Source of the DNA: Nostoc sp. DedSLP01
GTDB taxonomy: Bacteria; Cyanobacteriota; Cyanobacteriia; Cyanobacteriales; Nostocaceae
Length of the DNA stretch: 64,000 bases
Direction: 5' to 3'
Assembly (NCBI GenBank): GCA_034530875.2
Contig: JAVRCJ020000017.1
Location: 32,001 to 96,000 of the forward strand
Part shown: positions 1 through 9,800 of the stretch, in pieces
How positions within the stretch are numbered: the stretch's first letter is position 1
Layout: each line of letters starts with the position of its first letter
Notes under the pieces: model-generated
Told to the model about the DNA's origin: nothing
Seen by the model: the letters and a program-made list of their open reading frames with translations, nothing else
Database searches by the model: none
Made by a program: the position numbers and the translations under genes

Positions 1-247
1 AGTTTCTATGCCACTAATGATATGTGGTAGCAAGACAGATCCAATTGTCAACTCAACTGCATTGTATGATTGGATGAATTGGTTAAAACCAGAAGATGAC
101 CTCTGGGAATGTCCAAAAGGCTATCATTTTTTTCACTACTTTTATCCTCAACTGGTTGGCGACCAGATGCTGAATTTTTGGGAACGCCACAATTCGCATT
201 TGCTGGAAGCATCTGCACTATCTTTTATTACTTCTATAAGTCAGTAA
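1..247 (+). CDS. alpha/beta hydrolase, C-terminal part (probably begins before the window)
   Basis: Frame is open back to the window start. PLMICGSKTDPIV followed by GYHFFHY resembles the acid/His region of an alpha/beta hydrolase. Confidence 0.55.
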   Translation, partial: VSMPLMICGSKTDPIVNSTALYDWMNWLKPEDDLWECPKGYHFFHYFYPQLVGDQMLNFWERHNSHLLEASALSFITSISQ

Positions 248-277
248 TTTTGAGGTGCGATCGCATTTGTGAAATTT

Positions 278-313
278 GCGATGGGGTACGTAGCTTGCCG
301 CAGTAGGCATCGC
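278..313. repeat. small dispersed repeat (SDR5-like) inserted inside a HIP1 octamer
   Basis: GCGAT(278-282)...ATCGC(309-313) brackets ggggtacgtagcttgccgcagtaggc. An intact HIP1 lies at 257-264. Confidence 0.5.
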
Positions 314-330
314 TAATTCAAATTTTCCGG

Positions 331-609
331 TCAAGCACTACGACTTAACTTATAGTTAGGAATAGACCGATTGCTAATGACTGCATAGAGAACATCTGGA
401 TCGAGGTCGGCTCCCGATGGCCATTGGATTGTGCCTACTTCCTGATTTAATTCAACCTGAGCAAAGTATTTTTCGTCTTTCAAAGGTGCAAAAACACCTG
501 TGAATCTAATCAGCTTACTTATATCAACTATCCCTTCAACTTCGTCTTCAAAACGGATATATAATTGATAATTTTCTCTCGGTTCCACAGCAATAATATC
601 TTTTAACAT
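331..609 (-). CDS. DUF2442-family protein (putative antitoxin partner)
   Basis: 92 aa with YQLYIRFEDE...GTIQWPSGADLDPDVLY, typical of DUF2442. It starts 6 nt after the DUF4160 gene. Confidence 0.8.
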   Translation of the reverse strand: MLKDIIAVEPRENYQLYIRFEDEVEGIVDISKLIRFTGVFAPLKDEKYFAQVELNQEVGTIQWPSGADLDPDVLYAVISNRSIPNYKLSRSA

Positions 610-615
610 ATTTTA

Positions 616-876
616 CTACTCCAATGGTAAGACGCTATTGAGGATTTGATTGTCTCTAGCTAATTCCCAGTTGTCCATCAATTCGCTTTGATGTAAAGTT
701 GCCCATTCTGATATCAGTTTAAAAGCTCTAGAGCTAAGTTTACCTTCTAAAATTTCTAGAGTTTCAATGCTGATAATGGCTTTTTGCTGGTTGTATCTTA
801 CATGAAAATGTGGGGGCGGATGGTCATTGTAATACATAGTGACGATCATCCCGAAAAAACGACTAATTTCTGGCAT
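616..876 (-). CDS. DUF4160-family protein (putative toxin)
   Basis: MPEISRFFGMIVTMYYNDHPPPHFHVRY and W...H..EL..NW signature. Confidence 0.85.
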   Translation of the reverse strand: MPEISRFFGMIVTMYYNDHPPPHFHVRYNQQKAIISIETLEILEGKLSSRAFKLISEWATLHQSELMDNWELARDNQILNSVLPLE

Positions 877-983
877 ACTTTAATTCTCTCCTCAGGATGT
901 ATAGGAAGGCAATGTGGGTCTGCGCTTTAACTAAGGTCTAATATGGAAGGATCGGGCAATAAAAACTTGCCATTTGGCAAAGT

Positions 984-1235
984 TTAGTTAGGAGAGTTTC
1001 TACGAGGCTTCTGATTGTACATTTCCCGCAGCTTTTGAAGATATTCCGGTTCAGTCTCAATTTTGATCCAGATATGGTGTACCAATGCTAGCCTCTGTTT
1101 GTGTTTCTCATTTGGCATTCTGCGGTCAACTCCTTGAGAAAACCAATGATTGACGGTTGTTGTCGAACAGTCACAAATAAAAGCTAGTTCTTCCCGTGAG
1201 ACATTCCACTGTCTGAGAAACTCATTGAGTTCCAT
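984..1235 (-). CDS. small helix-turn-helix (XRE-like) protein
   Basis: MELNEFLRQWNVSREELAFICDCSTTTVNHWF has an HTH pattern. ATG 1235 preferred over TTG 1295. Confidence 0.65.
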   Translation of the reverse strand: MELNEFLRQWNVSREELAFICDCSTTTVNHWFSQGVDRRMPNEKHKQRLALVHHIWIKIETEPEYLQKLREMYNQKPRRNSPN

Positions 1236-1305
1236 TTGCCGCTCGTATATGAAGTGTAAATAAGCATTTAACTCATCTAAGTGTACTTTAGTCAATCAAT
1301 ATTGA

Positions 1306-1482
1306 ATTGAGCTTGAAGCTTTAGTTGTTAGAAGAAATGATATTGCTCATGGTCAAAAAATGATAATCAAAGATATTCAAGAATATCTAAAATATGAAAA
1401 GGCAGCTGTAGAAGTAATGCATGAATTAGCTGTATCGGTTGTTGAATGTTTAGACAAAAAATTATATTTAAATAGTCCGTAG
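1306..1482 (+). pseudogene. C-terminal fragment of a HEPN-like nuclease (RxxxxH motif)
   Basis: Manual translation gives IELEALVVRRNDIAHGQKMIIKDIQEYLKYEKAAVEVMHELAVSVVECLDKKLYLNSP*. An in-frame TGA at 1303-1305 precedes it and there is no ATG before the motif. Confidence 0.6.
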
Positions 1483-1615
1483 ACAAAATCTGAGTGCAAA
1501 TACTCAGTGAGAATAAAAAAATAAAAGAAAGCATAACGAATCATTGTAGATGCGAAAGCTAGCCAAATGTTCTGGACATATCGCATCACTTATTCAATAA
1601 TTTTCAAGATTAATT

Positions 1616-2923
1616 TTAAGGAAATATTGCCAACTCAGTTTCGGGGTCAAAAAAGTGAATTTTCTCTTGATTGAAAGACAACCAAAGTTGTTCGCCAACT
1701 TTCACAAATCGCTCTGGTGGTATTCGCACTTGTAGATAATTGTTTGTAGAGTTAGGTTGTAAACCAAGTTCGGCAATCCTCACGGAGATAAAAGAATCGT
1801 TACCTAAATTCTCTACTAAATCCACTTGCACAGGGAGGTTTTTAGTAGCAGGTAGACTCAAATTTAAGTGTTCTGGACGAATACCTAAAATTAAAGTTCT
1901 CCCATCATATTGCTGTAAAGCTTTTGCCCAAATCTCTGGAAGTGTGAAACGAAAATGCGAATGAGTAATTAATAGGGGGGCATGAAATTTTACAGTAATA
2001 AAATTCATCGGTGGCGAACCAATGAACTCTGCAACAAAAAGGTTGGCAGGATGATTGTAAATTTCTAATGGAGAAGCGACTTGCTGAATTTTACCCTCAG
2101 ACATAATCGCAATCCGATCGCCCATTGTCATCGCTTCGGTTTGGTCGTGAGTGACGTAAATCGTCGTTGTCCCCAATTGACGCTGCAATTTCACAATTTG
2201 GGCGCGAGTTTCCGCCCGCAGTTTGGCATCTAAGTTAGAAAGCGGTTCATCCATTAAGAATACTTGGGGATTGCGAGCGATCGCTCTTCCTAATGCAACT
2301 CGTTGTCTTTGTCCCCCAGATAGCTGTTTGGGTAAGCGATTCAGCAATGTTTCGATTTGTAAAAGTTGAGCAACACTACGTACCTGCTCGTCCACAGCCC
2401 GTTCTTTGTCAGAAATATAACGGATTCCTTTAGGTAATTTTTTTGTCGCCCCTACCAGGAGATTTTCAACAAAATTGGGGAGTCGGGAGTGGGGAGTGGG
2501 GAGGTGATTTTCTCCATTCCCTAATTGCCGACGACGTAAGCCAAAGGCAATGTTGTCATACACCGTCATGTGGGGATAGAGGGCGTAATTTTGGAACACC
2601 ATTGCGATATCGCGTTCTTTGGGCGGTAAGTCATTTATCAAGCGATCGCCTACCCAAATATTACCTCCAGTCATCACCTCCAAACCAGCGATTAACCGCA
2701 GCAACGTGCTTTTGCCACAACCAGAAGGGCCTACCAGCACCATAAATTCCCCATCTGCGATTGTCAAGTTAATCCGCCGCAAAACATTGATGGCTTCTGC
2801 ACGTTCTCGCGTTGCATCAGCTTTTTCCCCAGATTGGAGTGGGGACTGAGTTTGTGAGGCTACAGTTTCCCCTTGACGCGGGGAAAAGCTTTTATAAACG
2901 TTTTCTAAAACAACTTCGGCCAC
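1616..2923 (-). CDS. sugar ABC transporter ATP-binding protein (MalK/UgpC family)
   Basis: GPSGCGKST Walker A, LSGGQRQR signature, DEPLSNLD, and a C-terminal TOBE-like region. Confidence 0.92.
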   Translation of the reverse strand: MAEVVLENVYKSFSPRQGETVASQTQSPLQSGEKADATRERAEAINVLRRINLTIADGEFMVLVGPSGCGKSTLLRLIAGLEVMTGGNIWVGDRLINDLPPKERDIAMVFQNYALYPHMTVYDNIAFGLRRRQLGNGENHLPTPHSRLPNFVENLLVGATKKLPKGIRYISDKERAVDEQVRSVAQLLQIETLLNRLPKQLSGGQRQRVALGRAIARNPQVFLMDEPLSNLDAKLRAETRAQIVKLQRQLGTTTIYVTHDQTEAMTMGDRIAIMSEGKIQQVASPLEIYNHPANLFVAEFIGSPPMNFITVKFHAPLLITHSHFRFTLPEIWAKALQQYDGRTLILGIRPEHLNLSLPATKNLPVQVDLVENLGNDSFISVRIAELGLQPNSTNNYLQVRIPPERFVKVGEQLWLSFNQEKIHFFDPETELAIFP

Positions 2924-2936
2924 AACTAATTATCTG

Positions 2937-2982
2937 ATTGGGAATTGGGCATAGGGCATAGGGCATGAGGCATTGGGTATTA
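2937..2982. repeat. STRR heptamer tract (ATTGGGA / ATAGGGC units)
   Basis: attgggaattgggcatagggcatagggcatgaggcattggg. Confidence 0.7.
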
Positions 2983-3106
2983 GTTTTTGGCTAATGGCCA
3001 ATGACACTTTAGCGCCCATAATACACGTTCTATCTAAATACGAAAAGTTAAAAAAATAGCTTACACGATAAAAAGCAAACTACCCTGAGTTTTAGGGCTG
3101 TCAAAA

Positions 3107-3199
3107 TAATTCGTAATTGAAAATTCATAATTAGTAGTTACGACCTCTGGGGGCTTGTACCCATTAATTACGAATTACGAATTACGAATTAGTAATTAC
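3107..3199. repeat. inverted heptamer-armed miniature element (TTCGTAA / TTACGAA arms)
   Basis: Left arm aattcgtaatt..., right arm (aattacg)x3. The core ggggcttgtacc resembles the reverse complement of ggtatacaagcccc at 32771. Confidence 0.55.
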
Positions 3200-3218
3200 T
3201 TCGTTAGGAGGTGTTGTT

Positions 3219-4475
3219 ATGACTAGCCATATACCCACTAATTCTTCTCAAGACCCCAATGTTAACCCTGCTCATGACATTGTAGACGTACAAAATACAG
3301 ATTGTTGCATTGTGGGCGGAGGCCCGGCAGGGGTGGTTTTAGCGCTGTTGTTAGCGCGTCAAGGGATTTCTGTGATGCTATTGGAAGCACATAAAGACTT
3401 CGATCGCGATTTTCGTGGCGATACAATTCATCCATCGGTAATGGAAATTATGGAAGAATTGGGACTAAGCGATCGCTTGCTAGAACTTCCCCATACCAAA
3501 ATCCGCCGTCTTAGCATTCAAACTCCTCAAGATGCTGTGACATTGGCCGATTTTAGCCATCTTAAAACCCGCTACCCATACATTACGATGCTTCCTCAGG
3601 TGAAATTTTTGGAATTCATCGCCCAAGAAGCCGAAAAATATCCGAGTTTTCATCTGGTAATGGGTGCGAATGTTCAGGAATTAATTACGGAAAATGGGGC
3701 GGTTCAAGGTGTCCGCTATCGGGGAGGTGGTGGCTGGCATGAAATTAGGGCACTCCTGACGGTTGGTGCTGATGGTCGCCACTCCCGTTTGCGTCAGTTG
3801 GGTGAGTTTGAGTCCGTTGAAACCTCACCGCCAATGGATGTCCTCTGGTTCCGCTTACCCCGTCAGCCAGAAGACCCAGAGGGAGGAATGGGGCGCTTTG
3901 GTCAAGGTCATATCATTGCTATGCTTGACCGTGGTGATGAGTGGCAACTTGCTTATGTTATTCCCAAAGGCGGCTATCAAAAACTACGGGCTGCGGGTTT
4001 AGAGGAATTAAAAAAATCTATTGTCGAAGTGGTGCCAGAATTCCAGGAACGCATTCCAAATTTACATGATTGGTCGCAAGTAGCCTTTCTCTCAGTCGAG
4101 TCCAGCCGCATCAAACAGTGGTATCGTCCAGGGCTTCTACTCATCGGCGATGCCGCCCACATCATGTCTCCAGTTGGCGGAGTTGGCATTAATTACGCAA
4201 TTCAAGATGCTGTAGTGGCAGCAAATGTACTCACCAAACCACTTAAAAGCCGACAAGTACAACTTAGCGATCTGGCAAAAGTACAGCATAAACGGGAGTT
4301 ACCCACACGTATCATTCAAGCATTTCAAACTTTTGTCCAAAAGCGGGTATTTGCCCCCGTTCTCAGTTCAAATCAGACCTTTGTACCTCCTGGGTTTTTG
4401 CGCTTGCCGGTTTTGCGCGACCTCCCAGCAAGGTTAATTGGCTTGGGTCTTTTTCCAGTTCATATCAAAACTTAA
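3219..4475 (+). CDS. FAD-dependent oxidoreductase/monooxygenase (UbiH-like, FAD_binding_3)
   Basis: IVGGGPAG, VGADG and LIGDAAHIMSPVGGVGIN motifs. An AGGAGG RBS lies upstream. Confidence 0.9.
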   Translation: MTSHIPTNSSQDPNVNPAHDIVDVQNTDCCIVGGGPAGVVLALLLARQGISVMLLEAHKDFDRDFRGDTIHPSVMEIMEELGLSDRLLELPHTKIRRLSIQTPQDAVTLADFSHLKTRYPYITMLPQVKFLEFIAQEAEKYPSFHLVMGANVQELITENGAVQGVRYRGGGGWHEIRALLTVGADGRHSRLRQLGEFESVETSPPMDVLWFRLPRQPEDPEGGMGRFGQGHIIAMLDRGDEWQLAYVIPKGGYQKLRAAGLEELKKSIVEVVPEFQERIPNLHDWSQVAFLSVESSRIKQWYRPGLLLIGDAAHIMSPVGGVGINYAIQDAVVAANVLTKPLKSRQVQLSDLAKVQHKRELPTRIIQAFQTFVQKRVFAPVLSSNQTFVPPGFLRLPVLRDLPARLIGLGLFPVHIKT

Positions 4476-4626
4476 TTTTTGCTGAGAATTTCTGAGATGC
4501 CAGAAATTAATGGTACAATTATACTACTCAAATGCAGAATTCAATGCTCATCCTAGTCAGGCGGAGGTGGCGAACAGTATCTTTAATGCTGTTCAAAGCG
4601 ATCGCTTGGCTTTTATGCTAAAAAGT

Positions 4627-4808
4627 AAGAATTCACCGATTCAGGAGTCAGAATTCAGAAATCAGAATTAAATTTGTAACTCATGGTAAATAAATCAAAG
4701 CTGAAACACTAAATCAAATTTTGAATTTTCTGGTCTTTGAGATGGCAACTCTTAATTCCCGACAAAGAATTATTCTGAGTCCTGAATTCTGAATTCTGAA
4801 TTCTTCTT
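4627..4808. repeat. miniature element with inverted heptamer arms (TCAGAAT / ATTCTGA)
   Basis: attcaggagtcagaattcagaaatcagaatt at ~4640-4668 is inverted relative to attctgagtcctgaattctgaattctgaattc at ~4772-4803. Confidence 0.55.
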
Positions 4809-4881
4809 CATATTAATTGGCACTATATAGAAAAACCCCCTCTTTTTCAATCGGCACTTTTTGCAGTCAGGAGTAATTTTA

Positions 4882-5451
4882 ATGAACAGCTGCGTTTTAA
4901 TGGCGGAAATTATTAACGAACCGCAACTGCGCTACACAGCAGATAATCTGGGAGTTACAGAAATGCTGGTACAGTTTCCTAATTCCCAGAAACCAGAAGA
5001 TCCGCCAGCGACGCTGAAAGTTGTCGGTTGGGGGAATTTAGCAACAGAAATTCAGCAAAACTATCACCAAGGCGATCGCGTTATTTTAGTGGGACGTTTA
5101 AGTATGAATACTGTAGACCGTCAAGAAGGTTTTAAAGAAAAACGCGCTGAATTAACAGTACAACAAATTCAATCTATTGGGGGTAGTTTTAATACTACAT
5201 CTTTCTCATCAAACGGAAGTTCATCTTTCGCTGAAACTCCCGCGCGACAACCATCACCATCTCGTCCGCAAGAGACAAATATTCACACTTATGAGTCGCA
5301 ACGTCCAGCACCAACACCAGCTAAAAGTCCTGTAAGCGTTACTCCTCCTCCAACCAGTTACGAACCGATATCTGAACCCACAAATTACGAGCGAAACACT
5401 TACCCACCAGTGAAACAAGAAGAACCAGATCCGGATGATATTCCGTTCTAA
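4882..5451 (+). CDS. ssb: single-stranded DNA-binding protein (cyanobacterial SSB-like)
   Basis: OB-fold N-terminus (MNSCVLMAEII...GDRVILVGRL), Pro/Ser-rich linker and C-terminal DDIPF tail. Confidence 0.85.
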   Translation: MNSCVLMAEIINEPQLRYTADNLGVTEMLVQFPNSQKPEDPPATLKVVGWGNLATEIQQNYHQGDRVILVGRLSMNTVDRQEGFKEKRAELTVQQIQSIGGSFNTTSFSSNGSSSFAETPARQPSPSRPQETNIHTYESQRPAPTPAKSPVSVTPPPTSYEPISEPTNYERNTYPPVKQEEPDPDDIPF

Positions 5452-5527
5452 ATTTGCTTGTTTAGGTGTCTTCAATTTGCTAAACATACTTAGCAAAAAA
5501 TATTACGATTACATAACGTCTCAGAAG

Positions 5528-5557
5528 TAGCCATCCTTAGGGATGTGCTATTTTTTT
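5528..5557 (+). terminator. intrinsic terminator after ssb
   Basis: tagc-catcc / ggatg-t-gcta stem followed by T7. Confidence 0.6.
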
Positions 5558-5584
5558 ATCTAGGTTTGCAAAACTTCATGATAA

Positions 5585-6793
5585 ATGACTACACCTGATG
5601 AATTAGTTACCATTTTTGACCGTATCCGCGATGGTATTCAAAACGATGGGGATATTTTGTTACTAAGGCAATGGCTGAAAAATAGTGATGGACACAATGT
5701 TTTACAAGTCGGGAAAAATATTATCAATATTGCTGATGGTAAGGATATTCATATTGGCGATCGCACTTACTATAATACAGATGCTCAAACTATTAAGGCT
5801 GTTATTCAAGAAGTATTTAAAGACTTGATTTCAAGTCTTAATATAGAAAAATTACCTCAAGAAAATTCTGCCCAAGCTAATTTATTAGCTCGAACTAAAA
5901 AGAAAGATTTAGTAACAAAAACTAACTTACAAAATGAAAAAAATCCTACTTCAGGAATCCCAGCTATCACCAAGTTTGAGTTTGAAGTAGTAACTTTAGA
6001 TATTCAAGGAATAGAAACTAAACTTTGCCTGAAGCAAGCTGATTATTTTATAGAAAATCTCCCAGACGATTTTATATTAGAAATGGTTTCTATTGCTGGT
6101 GGTAAATTTCAAATGGGCGCACCTCAAGATGAGCCTGAATCACTTGAAGATGAACGTCCCCAGCACATAGTTACTTTAAAACCCTTTTTTTTGAGTAAAT
6201 ATCCTATTACTCAAGCACAGTGGAGAATTATTGCAAATCTCCCCAAAATTAATCGCCGTCTTGAAGTGGAGCCATCTTGTTTTAAAGGAGATAACTTGCC
6301 CGTAGAAAGAGTTTCTTGGGATGATGCACAAGAGTTTTGTGAGCGGCTTTCACGAGCAACAGGAAGAAAATATCGCTTACTTAGCGAAGCTGAATGGGAA
6401 TATGCTTGTCGCGCTAAAACATCAACACCATTTCATTTTGGCAAAACAATTACACCGAATTTAGCAAAATATTTTGTACAAAATGAAAACATTAATAGTA
6501 TTTCTCCCCAGCAGACAATAGAGGTTGGCAGTTTTCTACCCAATGCCTTTGGAATATATGATATGCATGGATTAGTTTGGGAGTGGTGTGAAGACTGCGA
6601 ACACGAAGACTATCAAGACGCACCATCAGACGGTAGTTCTTGGGTAAATAATGGAAATTCGGAATATAGAATTTTGCGCGGAGGTTCCTGGGATTCTCCT
6701 GCTCATCTGTGTCGTTCTGCATCTCGTTTTTCAGAAATGGCAAGCGTTACTGATAGTAGATTTGGTTTTCGGGTTGTCTGTTCTTCAATATAA
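5585..6793 (+). CDS. EAD10-like N-terminal domain fused to an FGE-sulfatase (SUMF1-family) domain
   Basis: C-terminal FGE motifs GGKFQMG, YPITQAQW, LPVERVSW, RLLSEAEWEYACRA, DMHGLVWEWC, RGGSW and GFRVV. The N-terminus IFDRI...LRQWL...QVGKNIINIADGKDIHIGDR resembles cyanobacterial effector-associated domain 10. Confidence 0.85.
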   Translation: MTTPDELVTIFDRIRDGIQNDGDILLLRQWLKNSDGHNVLQVGKNIINIADGKDIHIGDRTYYNTDAQTIKAVIQEVFKDLISSLNIEKLPQENSAQANLLARTKKKDLVTKTNLQNEKNPTSGIPAITKFEFEVVTLDIQGIETKLCLKQADYFIENLPDDFILEMVSIAGGKFQMGAPQDEPESLEDERPQHIVTLKPFFLSKYPITQAQWRIIANLPKINRRLEVEPSCFKGDNLPVERVSWDDAQEFCERLSRATGRKYRLLSEAEWEYACRAKTSTPFHFGKTITPNLAKYFVQNENINSISPQQTIEVGSFLPNAFGIYDMHGLVWEWCEDCEHEDYQDAPSDGSSWVNNGNSEYRILRGGSWDSPAHLCRSASRFSEMASVTDSRFGFRVVCSSI

Positions 6794-6803
6794 ATTTAGT
6801 CAA

Positions 6804-9800
6804 TTATGGTGTAATTAATTGAATGATTCTTGCTTTTATGTCTTCGATAGACAATGAATCAGAAACTTGTATACTTGTCTCTCGACGGATTTGAACTTTG
6901 GAATTTATCAATGACCTGCTACACTGCTTTCTATAAGGATGAGAAAGCCAATTCCAACTTCCTACAATAGCAAATTTAGTATCACAGACCAAGATTTTTT
7001 CATTAGTCCCTCTACTTTCTATAAATGTTTTTTTGCCTAAACGATTTAAATATGAACCTGGATACTGACAAAACAATTCCTCCAAATTCTTCTCAATCTC
7101 TACGTCGTTGCCATCGTTTTCTTCACTACTTTTACTACCATAAATAAGTCTAACTTTAACTCCTTTTTCTAAAGCTGAAACAATATCATTTACAAACCGT
7201 TTTGATTCATCATCGCGAATCCAAGGCGTAACAATTGCCAATTCTTCTTCAGCTTGCTCAATAGCGTCTCTAAAAACTTTTAAATGGTCACAATCATAAA
7301 TTAGGGTAGCTCCAGGCTGAGGCTGCGGAATTTCAGCTTCAGATTTGTAATCTAAAATATCTCCATATTCCCGAATGTGTTCAACAAGCTGACGAGTAAG
7401 CTTACCTTTTTCTAACCTGTAAAGGTTCCCAACTAAAATAAACAGTTCTTTGGCTCTCGATACGGCAACATTGAGTAGATTTGGGCGATTGTTAATCCAG
7501 TTAACATTATCTTGTGTTCCACATACTTTTGTAGATAAGATAATGACCTTTTTCTCAGAACCTTGGAAAGTATGAATTGTCCCCACAGATTTTGCATCTA
7601 ATCCAGAGAATTTTTGAGTTAGATATTCTCTCAAAGCCCTAGCATGAACGTTAAAAGGTGAAATAACACCGATATTTTGTAATGAGTAACCTTGCTTTTG
7701 CAAGTGCTGGATTACATCACCCACAGCAGAAACTTCTTCTTCATTAACATTACGGCTAATACTTCCCTCAACATGGTAAGCAACTAAGTTGGAGTTTACT
7801 AAAGAAGTAACTGGTGGTGTTTTTACCTCTAAACCATACTTAGCAATAGCATTACAATATTCAATTATGCTAGGTTGACAGCGGTAATGTTCAATTAAAC
7901 AAATACCTTGACCTTGATCATTATCTTCTCCACTTGCTCCAGCAGCGCGGTGATAAGTAGTCGCGCTATATTCTTCCTCTGGACTGTAACGGTGGTAATC
8001 AATTTCAGTTAATCCTGTGTCAAGAAAGGCTGTTTGGCGGTATTCATCCCGTCTTTGGTTACTGAGAGTTATTACAGGCTCTATTTGTAGGGGGTCACCT
8101 ACAATAATAGCTTTGCGCGATCGCACTAATAATGGAAAAGTCTTGTGCAGGTCAATCATTCCCGCTTCATCTACAATTGTGCGGTCAACACATTCCTCAA
8201 CCCAAGGGAGTATATTTCTGATGGAAAGTAATGTACTTGTAATCACAGGAAAAAATAAACTCACATTTTTAATATGTTCGTTCAGATTTTCTGCCATCTT
8301 CTTTTTATCTTTCCAATTTCCTCCAGCAAGAACATTTGAATATAATTCCAAAGAACCTTTTACCCGCTCTTTATAACACAGTGCTTGCTGAGTCAGAAAT
8401 TTCCGCGATAACTCAAATAGCTCTTGCTGCTGGTTATGAAAATTTTGATGAAAATAAGCATAAAAATCTTCTAGAGGAGTAGCCAACCTATTTTCTAAAA
8501 AAGTTAACTCTCTACTTGCTTTGTCTCTTTGTTGCTCTGTACTCGCTATATCTCCAGAAAGTTCTTTTAATCTGTTTTGTATAGTCTTTAGCTCATCCGC
8601 CTTTGTCAATCGTTCACTAACTAACCATGCTTGTTGAATTAAATCATTGCGAGTTTCAATAACTTTTACAGGAAATATAGTGTTCACAGTGTTTAAGATT
8701 GCTGGTTGGCAAGCTTCGGCCGTTTTTGTCACAATCTGTTTTTCTGTTCTGCCAGAAAACCAAAGTAATATCTTCTTCCACCAAGAGATTTTTCCTTCAG
8801 GTAGCCGCATCTTAGCAGTATTTAGTATTACTTCAAGTTGTCTATAAGCTTCTACTGGAAGTTGGTCATAGTCGGATAATTGTCTTGCTCGTCTCTGAGA
8901 ATTACTTTTAGCAGTTAATATTTCTTCTAAATACTGTTCAAGTGCTTGTATTTTTTCTACAAGTTGAGTAAGTCGTTCTTCATCTAAAGTTCTTTGACGA
9001 CGTTCTTCTAAAAAATTTGACTCTTCAAACTCTAATTCATTTTTAATCTGTTTGATTTTCTGTATTAAAGTATTCAAATAAGTTTGATCGAAACGATTTA
9101 TTTGTAAATAATCAAGCGCTTGCTGTAAATCTTCTAAAGCACCTCCAGGAGATTGGATATTAAATTTACTTCCTCCTTTAAGATAAAGAAAATCATGTTC
9201 TAAGGATTCATCTTTTAACCAATCATCTAGCTTTTCAATAACATTTTCAACTGCTTTATTATTGGTACTACTAATAACGGTTAAATTATTGATGTCTTGG
9301 TTACTTTCAATTAGACGGAGTGCGCGTTGCACTACCTGTTGAGCAATGAGGTGAAGGATGAGGGTAGTTTTCCCAGAACCTGGTGGCCCTTGAACAGCGG
9401 TTATCGGTTCGGTTTGGGCGTGTTTTAATGCTGTTGATTGCGAGTTAGTCGGTACATTGGTTGGGAAAGCACCCATATAAGTAACTTCGTGTTCTGGAAG
9501 TCGAGGTACACCGAACAAATATTCATAAGCTGGATGTTTTGGCTTCAACCAATTTTTTGAGCCTGACTTGATTTCTTTTAAGTCTTGCTTGAGATTCCTA
9601 GAATATATTGCTCCTGTAAACGCAAACAAGTATGGCTGTCGTTGAATTTGGTAGCGCGATCGAGGGATGCTAACGTTTCGCATCCACTCCTCATAAGTCT
9701 GAAATTCTTGCCCAAATGTAGTTTCAAGAAATCGTCGCAGTCCATCTTGGGTAATCAACCGCTCACGTTGTTCGTCATCTAATCCCAGGAAGGTAGCTAG

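Noticed and set aside
1377..1589. 70-aa minus-strand ORF
   Set aside because: No recognisable features, and it is antisense to the HEPN-like fragment, which explains the region better.
4510..4671. Short ORF MVQLYYSNAEFNAHPSQAEVANSIF...
   Set aside because: About 53 aa, runs into a repeat element, has no RBS and no convincing family resemblance.
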